This document shows positions 49,513 to 59,184 of a stretch of 60,107 bases of DNA, in pieces. Within the stretch, counting starts at the first letter, position 1; every line of letters starts with the position of its first letter. Below the pieces are notes generated by a model that saw only the letters and a list, made by a program, of their open reading frames with translations, ran no database searches and was not told where the DNA came from. Source of the stretch: a virus. Taxonomy: Duplodnaviria > Caudoviricetes. The stretch is taken from positions 1-60,107 of the IMG/VR virus record IMGVR_UViG_3300005613_000072; one strand, 5' to 3'. A program made the position numbers and the translations under genes.

Positions 49513-50705
49513 TGGAAATTGCAATTATCGGCGGCGGAACTGCCGGTATTACCTTAGCGTATCTACTAAAAGATTGTTATAATATCTGTATTTTTGAGCG
49601 TGGTAAGGACCCATATCATAGGGAACCCGATTATGGCTTTGGTGGCTCCGGAACTTTTTCCGACGGAAAACTTACCCTATCTAAAGAAGTTGGGGGACAA
49701 CTCGGTGGAATTCTGCCCAACGATAAGTATGTAGAATACGAAACAAAGGCTCTTAACTTCTGGCTTGGAAATAGGGATATTAGGGATTTTGAATTTGGCA
49801 AATATACCGCAGATCAAAATAAATTGCGCAGGGAATTATTAGCCCACAACTATCGTCTAATAGAAGCAGGGTTTATCCATCTTGGCACAGAAACTATGCA
49901 GGCACGTGCAAAAGAGCTATACGAAGAATTAGTAAGTCATCCACGTGTTACTATTATGCTGGAACAACCCGTGGAAGACATTGAAGCTATTGCGAAAAAT
50001 TTTGATCTGACTGTTATTGCTACGGGTAGAACTGGTTACATAGCGTTAGAAAATTTTTTGCGCAAAAAAAGACTTAAGTACTTAGACAATATAGTAGATG
50101 TAGGTATTCGCTACGAAGTAAAAAACGAAGTTGTAGAACATCTGACTAAGACGCTATATGAATTTAAGATCACCCGGAATAATGTTAGAACATTTTGCGT
50201 CAATCCAAGTGGCTTTGTTGTAGAAGAAAATGGGTTGGCTAATGGGCATAGTTTTTTAAGCACGAAAAGTGATTTCACAAATTTTGCTGTATTATACAAA
50301 TACATAACTAAGAATGCGTCTAAATTTGCAGATAAACTAAAGTCACATTTTAATGGTGTCAAAGTAATGCCTTATGGAAAATTTTGCGGGAAAAAAGATA
50401 TTTTACCTAATGGAAGAACTTACCTTAATGCCAAAGAAGAAGATTTTGTAAGTTTAATACCGGAAACCGTAGTAACACAACTAACAGACTTTATTAATGG
50501 ATTAGAACCTATAATCCCAGGCATTGCAAACGATACTAATAATGTATATGCCCCGGAAATTAAAACAAATTCCATAGTACCACAGATGTTAGAGTTATTT
50601 AAGTTAGTAGATAATACCTATATTATCGGCGATATTACAGGCTATACACGGGGTATCATGCAAGCAACTATTTCCGCATTTTACTTAGCGGACAAGCTTA
50701 TTTAG
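49512..50705 (+). CDS. FAD/NAD(P)-dependent oxidoreductase
   Basis: IIGGGTAG, GFGGSGTFSDGKL and GDITGYTRGIMQA motifs. Confidence 0.85.
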   Translation: MEIAIIGGGTAGITLAYLLKDCYNICIFERGKDPYHREPDYGFGGSGTFSDGKLTLSKEVGGQLGGILPNDKYVEYETKALNFWLGNRDIRDFEFGKYTADQNKLRRELLAHNYRLIEAGFIHLGTETMQARAKELYEELVSHPRVTIMLEQPVEDIEAIAKNFDLTVIATGRTGYIALENFLRKKRLKYLDNIVDVGIRYEVKNEVVEHLTKTLYEFKITRNNVRTFCVNPSGFVVEENGLANGHSFLSTKSDFTNFAVLYKYITKNASKFADKLKSHFNGVKVMPYGKFCGKKDILPNGRTYLNAKEEDFVSLIPETVVTQLTDFINGLEPIIPGIANDTNNVYAPEIKTNSIVPQMLELFKLVDNTYIIGDITGYTRGIMQATISAFYLADKLI

Positions 50706-50713
50706 GAGGTATT

Positions 50714-50926
50714 ATGTTAGAAACGGGTATGGAAATTATTCATAAAGATGGCGAACTTGTAGAAAAACACAAGCTTTTTAGGGTTACCAGCGGAAAAAAC
50801 TCGGGTTTATTCTATCTATTAGAAGATGGTACTATTGTAGCAGCAGAACTAAACGGTGAAATTATTAGCGAAAAAACTTTTTTGCCAAAAAAAGGTAGTT
50901 TAACCGCCTATGAAAATCCAAAGTAA
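50714..50926 (+). CDS. Hypothetical protein
   Basis: GGAGG RBS, 70 aa. Confidence 0.6.
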   Translation: MLETGMEIIHKDGELVEKHKLFRVTSGKNSGLFYLLEDGTIVAAELNGEIISEKTFLPKKGSLTAYENPK

Positions 50927-50935
50927 GGGTAAGTT

Positions 50936-51886
50936 ATGGAAAATATTATCGAACAATTACTGGAAAGTACTGGAAAACTAACAACCCGCAAAAAAGGTGT
51001 ATTGGCGGAAAAGTATGTTGTCTCACCTTTTTCTATACTATACACTCGTGACGGTAGCTGGCAAAGCAGAAAAAAAGCATGGCTTAGCTTAGGATTACGA
51101 AGCGAACTTGGAAGGGATAAGGCATTAACATACCCACAAATAGAAAATCGCACTGATTTTGTAGGCGAAGCTATCAAAGCAAAGGGCGGTACAAGCGTAT
51201 TTGATCCGGTACTAACAGAATGTTTATACCGCTGGTTTACGGGCACTAATTACCAAGTTATTGATCCTTTTGCCGGTGGGTCTGTGCGTGGGATTATAGC
51301 GGGTTTAATGGGAAGAAAATACTGGGGATGCGACCTAAGCCAAAAGCAAATCAGTGCAAATAAACAACAAGCAGAAAGTATTATTATAAAAAGGAATGAG
51401 CCTAAGTTTCATGTTCCAGTATGGATTACAGGAGATAGTTTAACCGAAATGTATACAGCACCACAAGCAGATTTTATATTAACTTGCCCACCGTATGGCC
51501 AGTTAGAAAAATATAGTGATGACCCGCGAGATTTATCAAATATGGATTATAATACATTTATAGACGTTTACGGGAAAATAATTTCCATAAGCATTGAAAA
51601 ACTGAAAGATAATAGATTTTGCGCAATTGTTGTTGGAAATTTCCGTAATAAATTAGGTTTCTACGAGGATTTTGTTGGGGATACAGTACGCATATTTCAA
51701 AAAGAGGGCGCGAAATTATACAATGATGCTATATTAGTAAATCAGATAGGCACTGGTGCTATAAGGGCTTCGAGTCACTTTGACCCGGGACGTAAACTTG
51801 TAAAAATGCACCAAAATGTACTGGTATTCTGTAAAGGTGATTGGCGACAAGCCACGCAAGAGTTAAAAACTGGAGGCGTATTATGA
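50936..51886 (+). CDS. Amino (N4-C/N6-A) DNA methyltransferase
   Basis: DPFAGGSVRG and TCPPY motifs. Confidence 0.88.
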   Translation: MENIIEQLLESTGKLTTRKKGVLAEKYVVSPFSILYTRDGSWQSRKKAWLSLGLRSELGRDKALTYPQIENRTDFVGEAIKAKGGTSVFDPVLTECLYRWFTGTNYQVIDPFAGGSVRGIIAGLMGRKYWGCDLSQKQISANKQQAESIIIKRNEPKFHVPVWITGDSLTEMYTAPQADFILTCPPYGQLEKYSDDPRDLSNMDYNTFIDVYGKIISISIEKLKDNRFCAIVVGNFRNKLGFYEDFVGDTVRIFQKEGAKLYNDAILVNQIGTGAIRASSHFDPGRKLVKMHQNVLVFCKGDWRQATQELKTGGVL

Positions 51887-51964
51887 TTATGCAAAAAACT
51901 TTTTTGCCAAAAAAAGGTAATTTAAATACCCCTGAAATTAAACAAAACAGTCAGGAGTTAAAAA

Positions 51965-52582
51965 ATGCCGAAAATTAAATTGATACAAGGTGATTGTTTG
52001 GAAAAAATGAAAGATATTCCTGATAAAAGTGTGGATTTGGTACTCACTGATCCTCCCTATGGTATAGGATTAAAATATAACACATACCAAGACACAGAAG
52101 AAAATTGGTATAATTTAATGACTAATGCACTACCAGAAATTAAACGAATAAGTAAAATGGCAATACTGCCTTCCTGTAAAATACATAGAATGAAGTGGAT
52201 TTACGATAATTTCCCCCCAGATTGGTTAATTTGTTGGTATAAGGGGTCTACTGGGCACGCTTCTTTTATTGGGTTTAATGACTGGGAACCTCATTTAGTT
52301 TATGGAAGACGTCTAAACAATCAATATATGCATGATTATTTTCAAACAAAACCAAGTCCAAAAAAAGGTGAATTTAATCACCCCTGTCCCAAGCCTTTAG
52401 AATGGGCGGAATGGCTAATTACCAGAGTTGCGCGTAAAGATACAATAACAGTTTGTGATCCATTTATGGGGAGCGGGACCGTTGGTGTTGTATCTAAAAA
52501 ACTTAACCACAATTTTATTGGAATAGAACTTGATCCAGAATACTTTAAAGTTGCAGAGAAACGAATAAATGAAAATATATAA
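51965..52582 (+). CDS. Beta-class amino DNA methyltransferase
   Basis: TDPPY, HPCPKP and DPFMGSGT motifs. Confidence 0.92.
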   Translation: MPKIKLIQGDCLEKMKDIPDKSVDLVLTDPPYGIGLKYNTYQDTEENWYNLMTNALPEIKRISKMAILPSCKIHRMKWIYDNFPPDWLICWYKGSTGHASFIGFNDWEPHLVYGRRLNNQYMHDYFQTKPSPKKGEFNHPCPKPLEWAEWLITRVARKDTITVCDPFMGSGTVGVVSKKLNHNFIGIELDPEYFKVAEKRINENI

Positions 52583-52605
52583 AACTACAGAGGAGTTAAA
52601 ATATC

Positions 52606-53667
52606 ATGAATGTGTTAAGCTTATTTGATGGTATGTCATGTGGTCAAATTGCGCTTGAAAGATCGGGGATCAAAGTTGAAAATTACTTTGCTTCTGAGAT
52701 TGATAAATATACTATACAAGTAACTAAACACAATTACCCAAACACAAAACATATAGGGGATGTAACAAAGGTTAAAGGTACCGATTTACCCAAAATAGAT
52801 TTATTAATAGGCGGGAGTCCGTGCCAAGGATTTAGTTTTGCGGGTAAACAGTTAAACTTTGAGGACCCAAGAAGCAAATTGTTTTTTGACTTTGTAAGAT
52901 TACTGCAAGAAACAAAACCTAAATATTTTTTACTCGAAAATGTGGTGATGAAACAAGAATATCAAGATATAATAAGTCAACATTTAGGTATTAAGCCCAT
53001 TTTAATAAATAGTAGTTTAGTTTCTGCCCAAAATAGAAAACGCCTTTACTGGACTAACATACCAAATATAACCAAACCACAGGATAAAGGTATAACCTGG
53101 GGCGATGTTAGAGAGTATGGCGTAAATACTGAGAGCTATTACTATACAGATAAAGCAATGCAGTGGTTAGCGAGAGTAAGCCAAAAGAAAAACAAACCTT
53201 TAACTGTACATTCTAACAACGATAAGATGCAGATGCTTGAAGCAAGTCATTATAAAAAATATAGTAATCAACGGTTTTTTGGGATTGTGGATTTGCCAGA
53301 AAATAAACAAGCAGTTGCGGGAATGAGAGGGCGTTATTTAATTAATGGTAAAGCGCAGATTGGAAAACAAAGTTTAAAAGGACTAACAAAGCAATACATT
53401 GAGTTTAAATACGACGGAAAAACTAATGCTCTAACTACTGTCGCAAAAGATAATGTAGTAGTACCTTTTACTTTACCAAATAGAGTACCTGCCGATGAAT
53501 TTTTCTTTCGTTATTTAACGCCTTTAGAATGTGAAAGATTACAAACAGTGCCGGATAACTATACAGTTTGTGTAAGTAATACGCAAAGATACCGAATGCT
53601 GGGCAATGGATGGACTGTCGATGTGATTGCACATATCTTTAAGGGATTGTTAAAGGATGTATTGTAA
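52606..53667 (+). CDS. C5-cytosine DNA methyltransferase
   Basis: LSLFDG, GGSPCQ, ENV, QNRKR and GNGW motifs. Confidence 0.93.
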   Translation: MNVLSLFDGMSCGQIALERSGIKVENYFASEIDKYTIQVTKHNYPNTKHIGDVTKVKGTDLPKIDLLIGGSPCQGFSFAGKQLNFEDPRSKLFFDFVRLLQETKPKYFLLENVVMKQEYQDIISQHLGIKPILINSSLVSAQNRKRLYWTNIPNITKPQDKGITWGDVREYGVNTESYYYTDKAMQWLARVSQKKNKPLTVHSNNDKMQMLEASHYKKYSNQRFFGIVDLPENKQAVAGMRGRYLINGKAQIGKQSLKGLTKQYIEFKYDGKTNALTTVAKDNVVVPFTLPNRVPADEFFFRYLTPLECERLQTVPDNYTVCVSNTQRYRMLGNGWTVDVIAHIFKGLLKDVL

Positions 53668-53808
53668 AAATGGCGCAGATTAAACCAGAGGAATAAAAAT
53701 GCGATGGCGTAGAATAGTAAATCAATTTTAAAGTCATTCTCAGGTCTGTAGCGATGTTTTACCGCACTTTTGTGTGTGCTTAACAAAGATAAATTAACGG
53801 AGGATATC

Positions 53809-54324
53809 ATGACTAAACTAAAAACATACCTAAAGAAAAAGTATTTTAGATCAATGGCAAATTTGTTAGTTAAAGGAACTAAAGTATTAAGTACCCACGA
53901 AATAAATGATATTTGGACTAACTTTGAACAAGAAATTAACCAAGCGGCAAAAACTTTTCGTTTTGAAGCGAACACAAAGAGCCAAATAGAGCATCTATTA
54001 GATTTGGTAATTAGCAATATGTACATAATGGGTGAATTTCCAGCCGCATGTAAAGTAAATATAAATCCCAAACACTATGCTTACATTAAAGAAGAATACT
54101 TTGATGCATTCCTAAAAAAGTTAGAGCATTCCCTAAATATAAAATATCCCTACTATAGTTTTAGGGTAATTGTAACCGGTGGTAACTACAGCGTAGAATG
54201 CGAAGATTTTGGCGTTGACATGGAAAAACAAGTTCAAGAAACAATTGATAATCTTGTAGAGCGAAGTCTATTGAAGAGCTTACGCAGACACTTGGAGGTA
54301 CCGGATGTTATACCAGAAGATTAA
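53809..54324 (+). CDS. Hypothetical protein
   Basis: Start reassigned to ATG 53809 (GGAGG RBS). Confidence 0.65.
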   Translation: MTKLKTYLKKKYFRSMANLLVKGTKVLSTHEINDIWTNFEQEINQAAKTFRFEANTKSQIEHLLDLVISNMYIMGEFPAACKVNINPKHYAYIKEEYFDAFLKKLEHSLNIKYPYYSFRVIVTGGNYSVECEDFGVDMEKQVQETIDNLVERSLLKSLRRHLEVPDVIPED

Positions 54325-55564
54325 AGACAAAACCGCAAAAATTGGTGTTATAGGATTAGGTTACGTAGGTTTACCGTTAGCTGTTGAAAAGGCTAAAGCG
54401 GGTTTTGAAGTGGTAGGATTTGATATTCAAGGGCAAAAAGTTTGGCAAATTAACCGCGGCGAGAATTATATCGGTGATATTGTTAGTGAGGACTTAAAAG
54501 AATTAGTTAAGACTAACAAGCTACGTGCGACTACACGTATGAATCAACTTGAAGACTGTGATATTATGACTATCTGTGTACCAACACCTTTAGACAAATA
54601 CAAGCAGCCCGATCTAACCCATGTTATAAACGTAACAAATGAAGTCGCTAAGTATCTATATGCAGACAACTTAGTTATTTTAGAGTCTACAACCTATCCG
54701 GGAACTACAGAAGATGTAATCAAGCCTATCTTAGAGACGAAATCTTGGTTTACTTGCGGGAAAGACTTCTACTTAGCTTTTAGCCCGGAGCGCGTAGACC
54801 CGGGAAATAATATTTACAAAACAAAAAACACTCCTAAAGTAGTTGGTGGTGTAGGCTATAAGTCAGCGGAGCTTGCACAATTGCTGTATGAAGCTGTATT
54901 AGAAGCCCCGGTAAAAGTTGTTTCGTCACCAAGAGCAGCTGAAATGACAAAAATCTTAGAAAATTCCTATCGATTAGTAAACATATCCCTAATCAACGAG
55001 CTAACCATGCTTGCAGATAAGATGGGAATTAATATCTGGGAAGTAATTGATGCTGCAGCTACCAAACCATTTGGATTCACGCCATTTTACCCCGGTGCCG
55101 GTGCCGGTGGACACTGTATCCCTATCGATCCATTCTACCTATCATATATCGCCAAAAAATTTGATTCTACAACCACCCTAATAAACCTTGCGGGCGAAAT
55201 AAATGATCAGATGCCAAACTATATTGTACAAAGAATTGCAGATATTCTTAACACAAGGGAAAAACCACTAAAAAACACCAAGATACTATTAGTTGGTGCT
55301 ACCTATAAAGGTGATATCGACGATATACGCGAATCCCCGGCATTAAAAGTAGCAGAAATTCTCCAAGAAAAAGGCTGTCAATTAGATATTTATGATCCAT
55401 ACATACAAAAATTCGCGGCAAAAAAAGACTACAACTTATATGATCTAACAGTAATAACAACAGCACACAAACACAATATAGATTACCAAGAACTACAAAA
55501 AAACTCCAAACTTATCTTTGACACAAAAAACATATTACAAGGAGGCAATGTAATAAAACTATGA
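54305..55564 (+). CDS. UDP-N-acetylhexosamine dehydrogenase (WbpA/WecC family)
   Basis: GLGYVGLP, CVPTP, ESTTYPGTT, FSPERVDPG, GGHCIPIDP and DIRESP motifs. Confidence 0.93.
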   Translation: MLYQKIKDKTAKIGVIGLGYVGLPLAVEKAKAGFEVVGFDIQGQKVWQINRGENYIGDIVSEDLKELVKTNKLRATTRMNQLEDCDIMTICVPTPLDKYKQPDLTHVINVTNEVAKYLYADNLVILESTTYPGTTEDVIKPILETKSWFTCGKDFYLAFSPERVDPGNNIYKTKNTPKVVGGVGYKSAELAQLLYEAVLEAPVKVVSSPRAAEMTKILENSYRLVNISLINELTMLADKMGINIWEVIDAAATKPFGFTPFYPGAGAGGHCIPIDPFYLSYIAKKFDSTTTLINLAGEINDQMPNYIVQRIADILNTREKPLKNTKILLVGATYKGDIDDIRESPALKVAEILQEKGCQLDIYDPYIQKFAAKKDYNLYDLTVITTAHKHNIDYQELQKNSKLIFDTKNILQGGNVIKL

Positions 55565-56136
55565 AAACAGAACAATACTGGGAACAACGCTATGCAAGAG
55601 GAGGAAATTCCGGTGATGGTTCATATGGTGACTTAGCGCTATTCAAAGCACAAGTAATTAATGACTACATAAAAAAGCTAAACATCGTATCCATGAACGA
55701 CTGGGGATTCGGCGACTGCAACCAGCTACAATACTTCCCCGATATCGACTACGTAGGCTACGAAGTAAGCCAAACAGCAATAAAAAACGCGCAAAAAAGA
55801 TACCCAAATAAAATTTTTCGCCAAATAAAAGAATACTCAAATCAAAAAAAAGAACTATCAATATCATTAGATGTACTATACCACCTAATAGAAAACGAAC
55901 TATACTATGAATACCTAAACAACCTATTTAACTCAGCAACAAGATTAGTAATAATCTACTCTTCAAACTACCAAGAACAACCAAAAGGACATCAATACAG
56001 AAGAAACTTCACCCCGGACATAGAAAAACTACACCCGGAATGGCAACTAACAGAAACAATACTAAACAAATACCCATACAAACTAACAACCGGAAAAGGA
56101 TCACACTGTAACTTCTACATCTACCAACCAAAATAA
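55561..56136 (+). CDS. Class I SAM-methyltransferase-like protein of the type found in glycan clusters
   Basis: YWEQRY..GGNSGDGS, DWGFGD.NQ and SLDVLYHL motifs. Confidence 0.7.
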   Translation: MKTEQYWEQRYARGGNSGDGSYGDLALFKAQVINDYIKKLNIVSMNDWGFGDCNQLQYFPDIDYVGYEVSQTAIKNAQKRYPNKIFRQIKEYSNQKKELSISLDVLYHLIENELYYEYLNNLFNSATRLVIIYSSNYQEQPKGHQYRRNFTPDIEKLHPEWQLTETILNKYPYKLTTGKGSHCNFYIYQPK

Positions 56137-56165
56137 TTTTTTCGCGCAAAAAAAGAGGTAATAAT

Positions 56166-57338
56166 ATGATAAATATTAATCTAATACAAGGTAACTGTTT
56201 AGAAAAACTAAAAAATATTCCTAATGAAAGTATAGAAGCTATTGTATGTGATCCCCCATATGAGCTAAACTTGATGAATAAAAAATGGGACAATACGGGA
56301 ATTGCATATAATATAGATTTATGGAAAGAATGTTTTAGGGTACTAAAGCCAGGAGGACATTTAACAGCTTTCGGGGGCACAAGAACTTATCACAGAATGG
56401 CTGTAGCTATTGAAGACGCTGGATTTGAAGTAAGAGATATGTTAGAGTGGATATATGCAAGCGGATTCCCAAAAAATTTAGATGTAGGCAAGGCAGTAGA
56501 TAAGCTGTGTGGTAACGAAAGAACGAATTTAGGCGCTGTACGCGGCTGTGGAAATAATAATACAGAATCAATGAATAACGGCGTAAAAAAATCAAGTGAG
56601 TTTAAGCCTACATACACTTTAACTAAAGGCTCTTCTGAATGGGAAGGTTTTGGTACGGCTCTTAAACCAGCCCATGAACCAATCATCCTTTGTAGAAAAC
56701 CTTTATCAGAGAAAAATATCGCAAAAAATGTACTAAAACATGGAACAGGTGCAATTGACATTGACGGATGTAGAATACCGACAAATGACTTAACACCAAG
56801 AAACAACAGGGAATCTGCAACATGGGGGACTTATGGTAATGGGTATGCTGCACCTTCCCCACACGGCCGTTTTCCAGCCAATATTATCTGTACAGATGAT
56901 GCTTTAAATGACCACGGAAGTACAGTAGAATCAAAATCCCGTTACTTTGACATAGATGTCTGGGCAGAAAAACACGGGCTACTCCAATTCCCAAAAGCAA
57001 GTAAAAAAGAAAGAAACGAAGGGTGTGATGGATTAGAAAAGAAAAATCTTGCAGGAAGTAATAAATGGACAGACGTTGACTATAGAAAAGGGGACGGAAA
57101 AATTACAGCACAACCACAACACAACCACCATCCAACAGTCAAACCAATTCATCTTATATCCTGGCTTATAAGACTAATCAGCAAAAAAGGCGGCACAGTT
57201 TTAGATCCATTTATGGGTTCAGGAACAACAGGTGTTGCTTGTGCAAATCTTGATCGTAATTTCGTTGGTATCGAACTTAATGCCGATTATTTCAAAATTG
57301 CAGAAAAACGAATAAACGCAGCCCGTTTAGACACATAA
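56166..57338 (+). CDS. Beta-class amino DNA methyltransferase with a long insertion
   Basis: CDPPY, LKPAHEPI, HPTVKP and DPFMGSGTT motifs. Confidence 0.92.
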   Translation: MININLIQGNCLEKLKNIPNESIEAIVCDPPYELNLMNKKWDNTGIAYNIDLWKECFRVLKPGGHLTAFGGTRTYHRMAVAIEDAGFEVRDMLEWIYASGFPKNLDVGKAVDKLCGNERTNLGAVRGCGNNNTESMNNGVKKSSEFKPTYTLTKGSSEWEGFGTALKPAHEPIILCRKPLSEKNIAKNVLKHGTGAIDIDGCRIPTNDLTPRNNRESATWGTYGNGYAAPSPHGRFPANIICTDDALNDHGSTVESKSRYFDIDVWAEKHGLLQFPKASKKERNEGCDGLEKKNLAGSNKWTDVDYRKGDGKITAQPQHNHHPTVKPIHLISWLIRLISKKGGTVLDPFMGSGTTGVACANLDRNFVGIELNADYFKIAEKRINAARLDT

Positions 57339-57366
57339 AAAAAACGCGAAAAAAAGAGGTAATACT

Positions 57367-57603
57367 ATGATAATAATAATAGGTAAAGAAAACTGCAAAA
57401 AAAGCATAAAAGCAAAACAAACCATAGAAAAACAAGAAATACCATACATATACACAACAATAAACAACCTACCAACTATAACACAAAAAATGCTAACAGA
57501 CCTACACAAAAGTGGATTAATAAACTGGGAATTCCCAATAATAATCCGTAACTCAGAAATATTCACAGGATTCACACCAGAACTATTAGATGAACTATAC
57601 TAA
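57367..57603 (+). CDS. Glutaredoxin/NrdH-like protein (CxxS)
   Basis: GKENCKKS...FPIII...GF.PE; resembles 36556-36813. Confidence 0.6.
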   Translation: MIIIIGKENCKKSIKAKQTIEKQEIPYIYTTINNLPTITQKMLTDLHKSGLINWEFPIIIRNSEIFTGFTPELLDELY

Positions 57604-57691
57604 AAAAATTTTTCGCGCAAAAAAAGATAACCACAATAAGTACTATACCACATAATAAAACCCAATACACATAAGTAACCTATTACCTAAT

Positions 57692-57772
57692 AAAACCCGT
57701 TTTCCAGAAAAAATCCAGATTTTTTATACGCATCCAGAAAACCCGTTTTCCAGAAAAAAGTCAGATTTTTTA
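57692..57772. repeat. Two ~35-bp direct repeats (46-bp period)
   Basis: AAAACCCGTTTTCCAGAAAAAA(TC/GT)CAGATTTTTTA at 57692 and 57738. Confidence 0.9.
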
Positions 57773-57802
57773 CATGCACCTCCCCGGCGCCAGACCCCGA
57801 AT

Positions 57803-57960
57803 GTTACATCGATGTTACCCCCCGGTTACGGGAATGTAACACCCCCGAATGTTACCGGAAGGTTACAATGTGTGATGCTAAAGTAACAATCTGTGTTGTT
57901 ACCTGCAGGTTACAATGTGTGGCGATAAAGTAACACTCTGTGTTGTTACCGGAAGGTTAC
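57803..57960. repeat. Phased GT(T/A)AC array, 12 copies
   Basis: Pentamers at 57803, 57814, 57825, 57836, 57851, 57862, 57883, 57898, 57909, 57930, 57945 and 57956; 47-bp higher-order unit. Confidence 0.9.
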
Positions 57961-58086
57961 CACCACCACACATTTGGTAGATCTCACACTTGATATATCG
58001 GAGGCCGATATATCATGCCTCGGTATATCGACCTCCGATATAGCCAGGCAAAAAAAATATGGACATGGAACAAAAAAAGATCCATG

Positions 58087-58117
58087 TCCACTCGACGTTT
58101 TATAAAAAGTTGAGTGG
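58087..58117. repeat. Left copy of a 31-bp inverted repeat (partner at 59645-59675)
   Basis: TCCACTCGACGTTTTATAAAAAGTTGAGTGG; its exact reverse complement lies at 59645-59675. Confidence 0.95.
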
Positions 58118-58127
58118 GACATGGAAC

Positions 58128-58163
58128 AAAAAAAACCCCTCCCCAAAAATTGGGGAGGGGTTT
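58128..58163 (-). terminator. Rho-independent terminator for the GC-richer segment
   Basis: 14-bp stem AAACCCCTCCCCAA/TTGGGGAGGGGTTT followed by a T-run on the minus strand. Confidence 0.85.
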
Positions 58164-58177
58164 ACTGCTATGACTGC

Positions 58178-58999
58178 CTATTTCCATTGGCAGTCATAGC
58201 ACAGAGGCTTGTTGCTTAACCTTGATACCACGTGCCCACAGATCGGGCACATGGTATCCGCCTGGACCCACTTCGGAGGGAAGGACCATGCCTTCCCCCA
58301 ACAGGACGTTGGGTCATCGACCCAACCGTCCCTCGATGTAAAGCTATAGTGGTCCCTGTGTTCAAACCCCAGGTACCTTAACCAGGCATATAATCCAAGC
58401 ATGGGTCGGTATTTTCCCGACCCACCATACGTCGGCAGGACAAATAATCCGTCCTGCCCTCCGAGAATCAAGCAGCGTGCAAACTTGATTCCCGACTCTC
58501 GGACCGAAGCCACGACGTAGGCTTCGGTCCCTATGTAGGAAGCCAGGGTCCGCGTGTAGGACCCCGACCAGGACATACAGCTTGTGTACTCCGACGCTTC
58601 CGAAGCTGCTAAAATAGCAGCAACGGAAGCGGTTACAACGGTTTCAAGTCGGAGCTCCTGGACGTCCGCCAGGAGCTCTCCGTCAAGAGTCGCTCCCGGA
58701 GGCATTAAAGCAGCCTCCGCGCGACTTGTCTTCATCCCACGTGGAAATTTCCTTCCCACGTGAAAATAATCTTTCTCCAGGACGCCCGTTTTCCATGCTT
58801 CCATGGAAAAGGACGTCGTCCACTTAACCGTGAACTCCTGCTCTTTGAATCGAGCAGGAATTATTCCACGGGCAGGTAAAAACCTGCCCGTGGAGTGGAA
58901 TTTCTCGAACTCCGGTAGAACACGGAGTCCGAAGCCGAAGTAATCTTCGAAGGCGTCCAAAGACGCCTTCTCCAGGGATCTGACTGGATTGGACGTCAA
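58178..58999 (-). CDS. Hypothetical protein (273 aa; SCM motif and C-terminal zinc ribbon)
   Basis: YTSCMSW..SY and CPICG...CYDC. GC-richer than the rest of the window. Confidence 0.7.
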   Translation of the reverse strand: MTSNPVRSLEKASLDAFEDYFGFGLRVLPEFEKFHSTGRFLPARGIIPARFKEQEFTVKWTTSFSMEAWKTGVLEKDYFHVGRKFPRGMKTSRAEAALMPPGATLDGELLADVQELRLETVVTASVAAILAASEASEYTSCMSWSGSYTRTLASYIGTEAYVVASVRESGIKFARCLILGGQDGLFVLPTYGGSGKYRPMLGLYAWLRYLGFEHRDHYSFTSRDGWVDDPTSCWGKAWSFPPKWVQADTMCPICGHVVSRLSNKPLCYDCQWK

Positions 59000-59184
59000 G
59001 ACTCGACGTCTTCCAGATCCCTTGCAAACCGGACTTCCCGGTTTGGCAAACCTTCCTCATCCCTTTTTTCAAGCGCCTTGTCGATGTTCCAGGCGCTGTA
59101 TAGCTTGTACTTCCATGCTACCTTCGGAGAGAGTAAAATAATCTCTCCGTCCGTCATCAGTACATAGCGGTAATTTGGCTTCAT
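58996..59184 (-). CDS. Small hypothetical protein (62 aa)
   Basis: MKPNYRY... with AAGGGA RBS; overlaps the start of the 273-aa ORF. Confidence 0.6.
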   Translation of the reverse strand: MKPNYRYVLMTDGEIILLSPKVAWKYKLYSAWNIDKALEKRDEEGLPNREVRFARDLEDVES

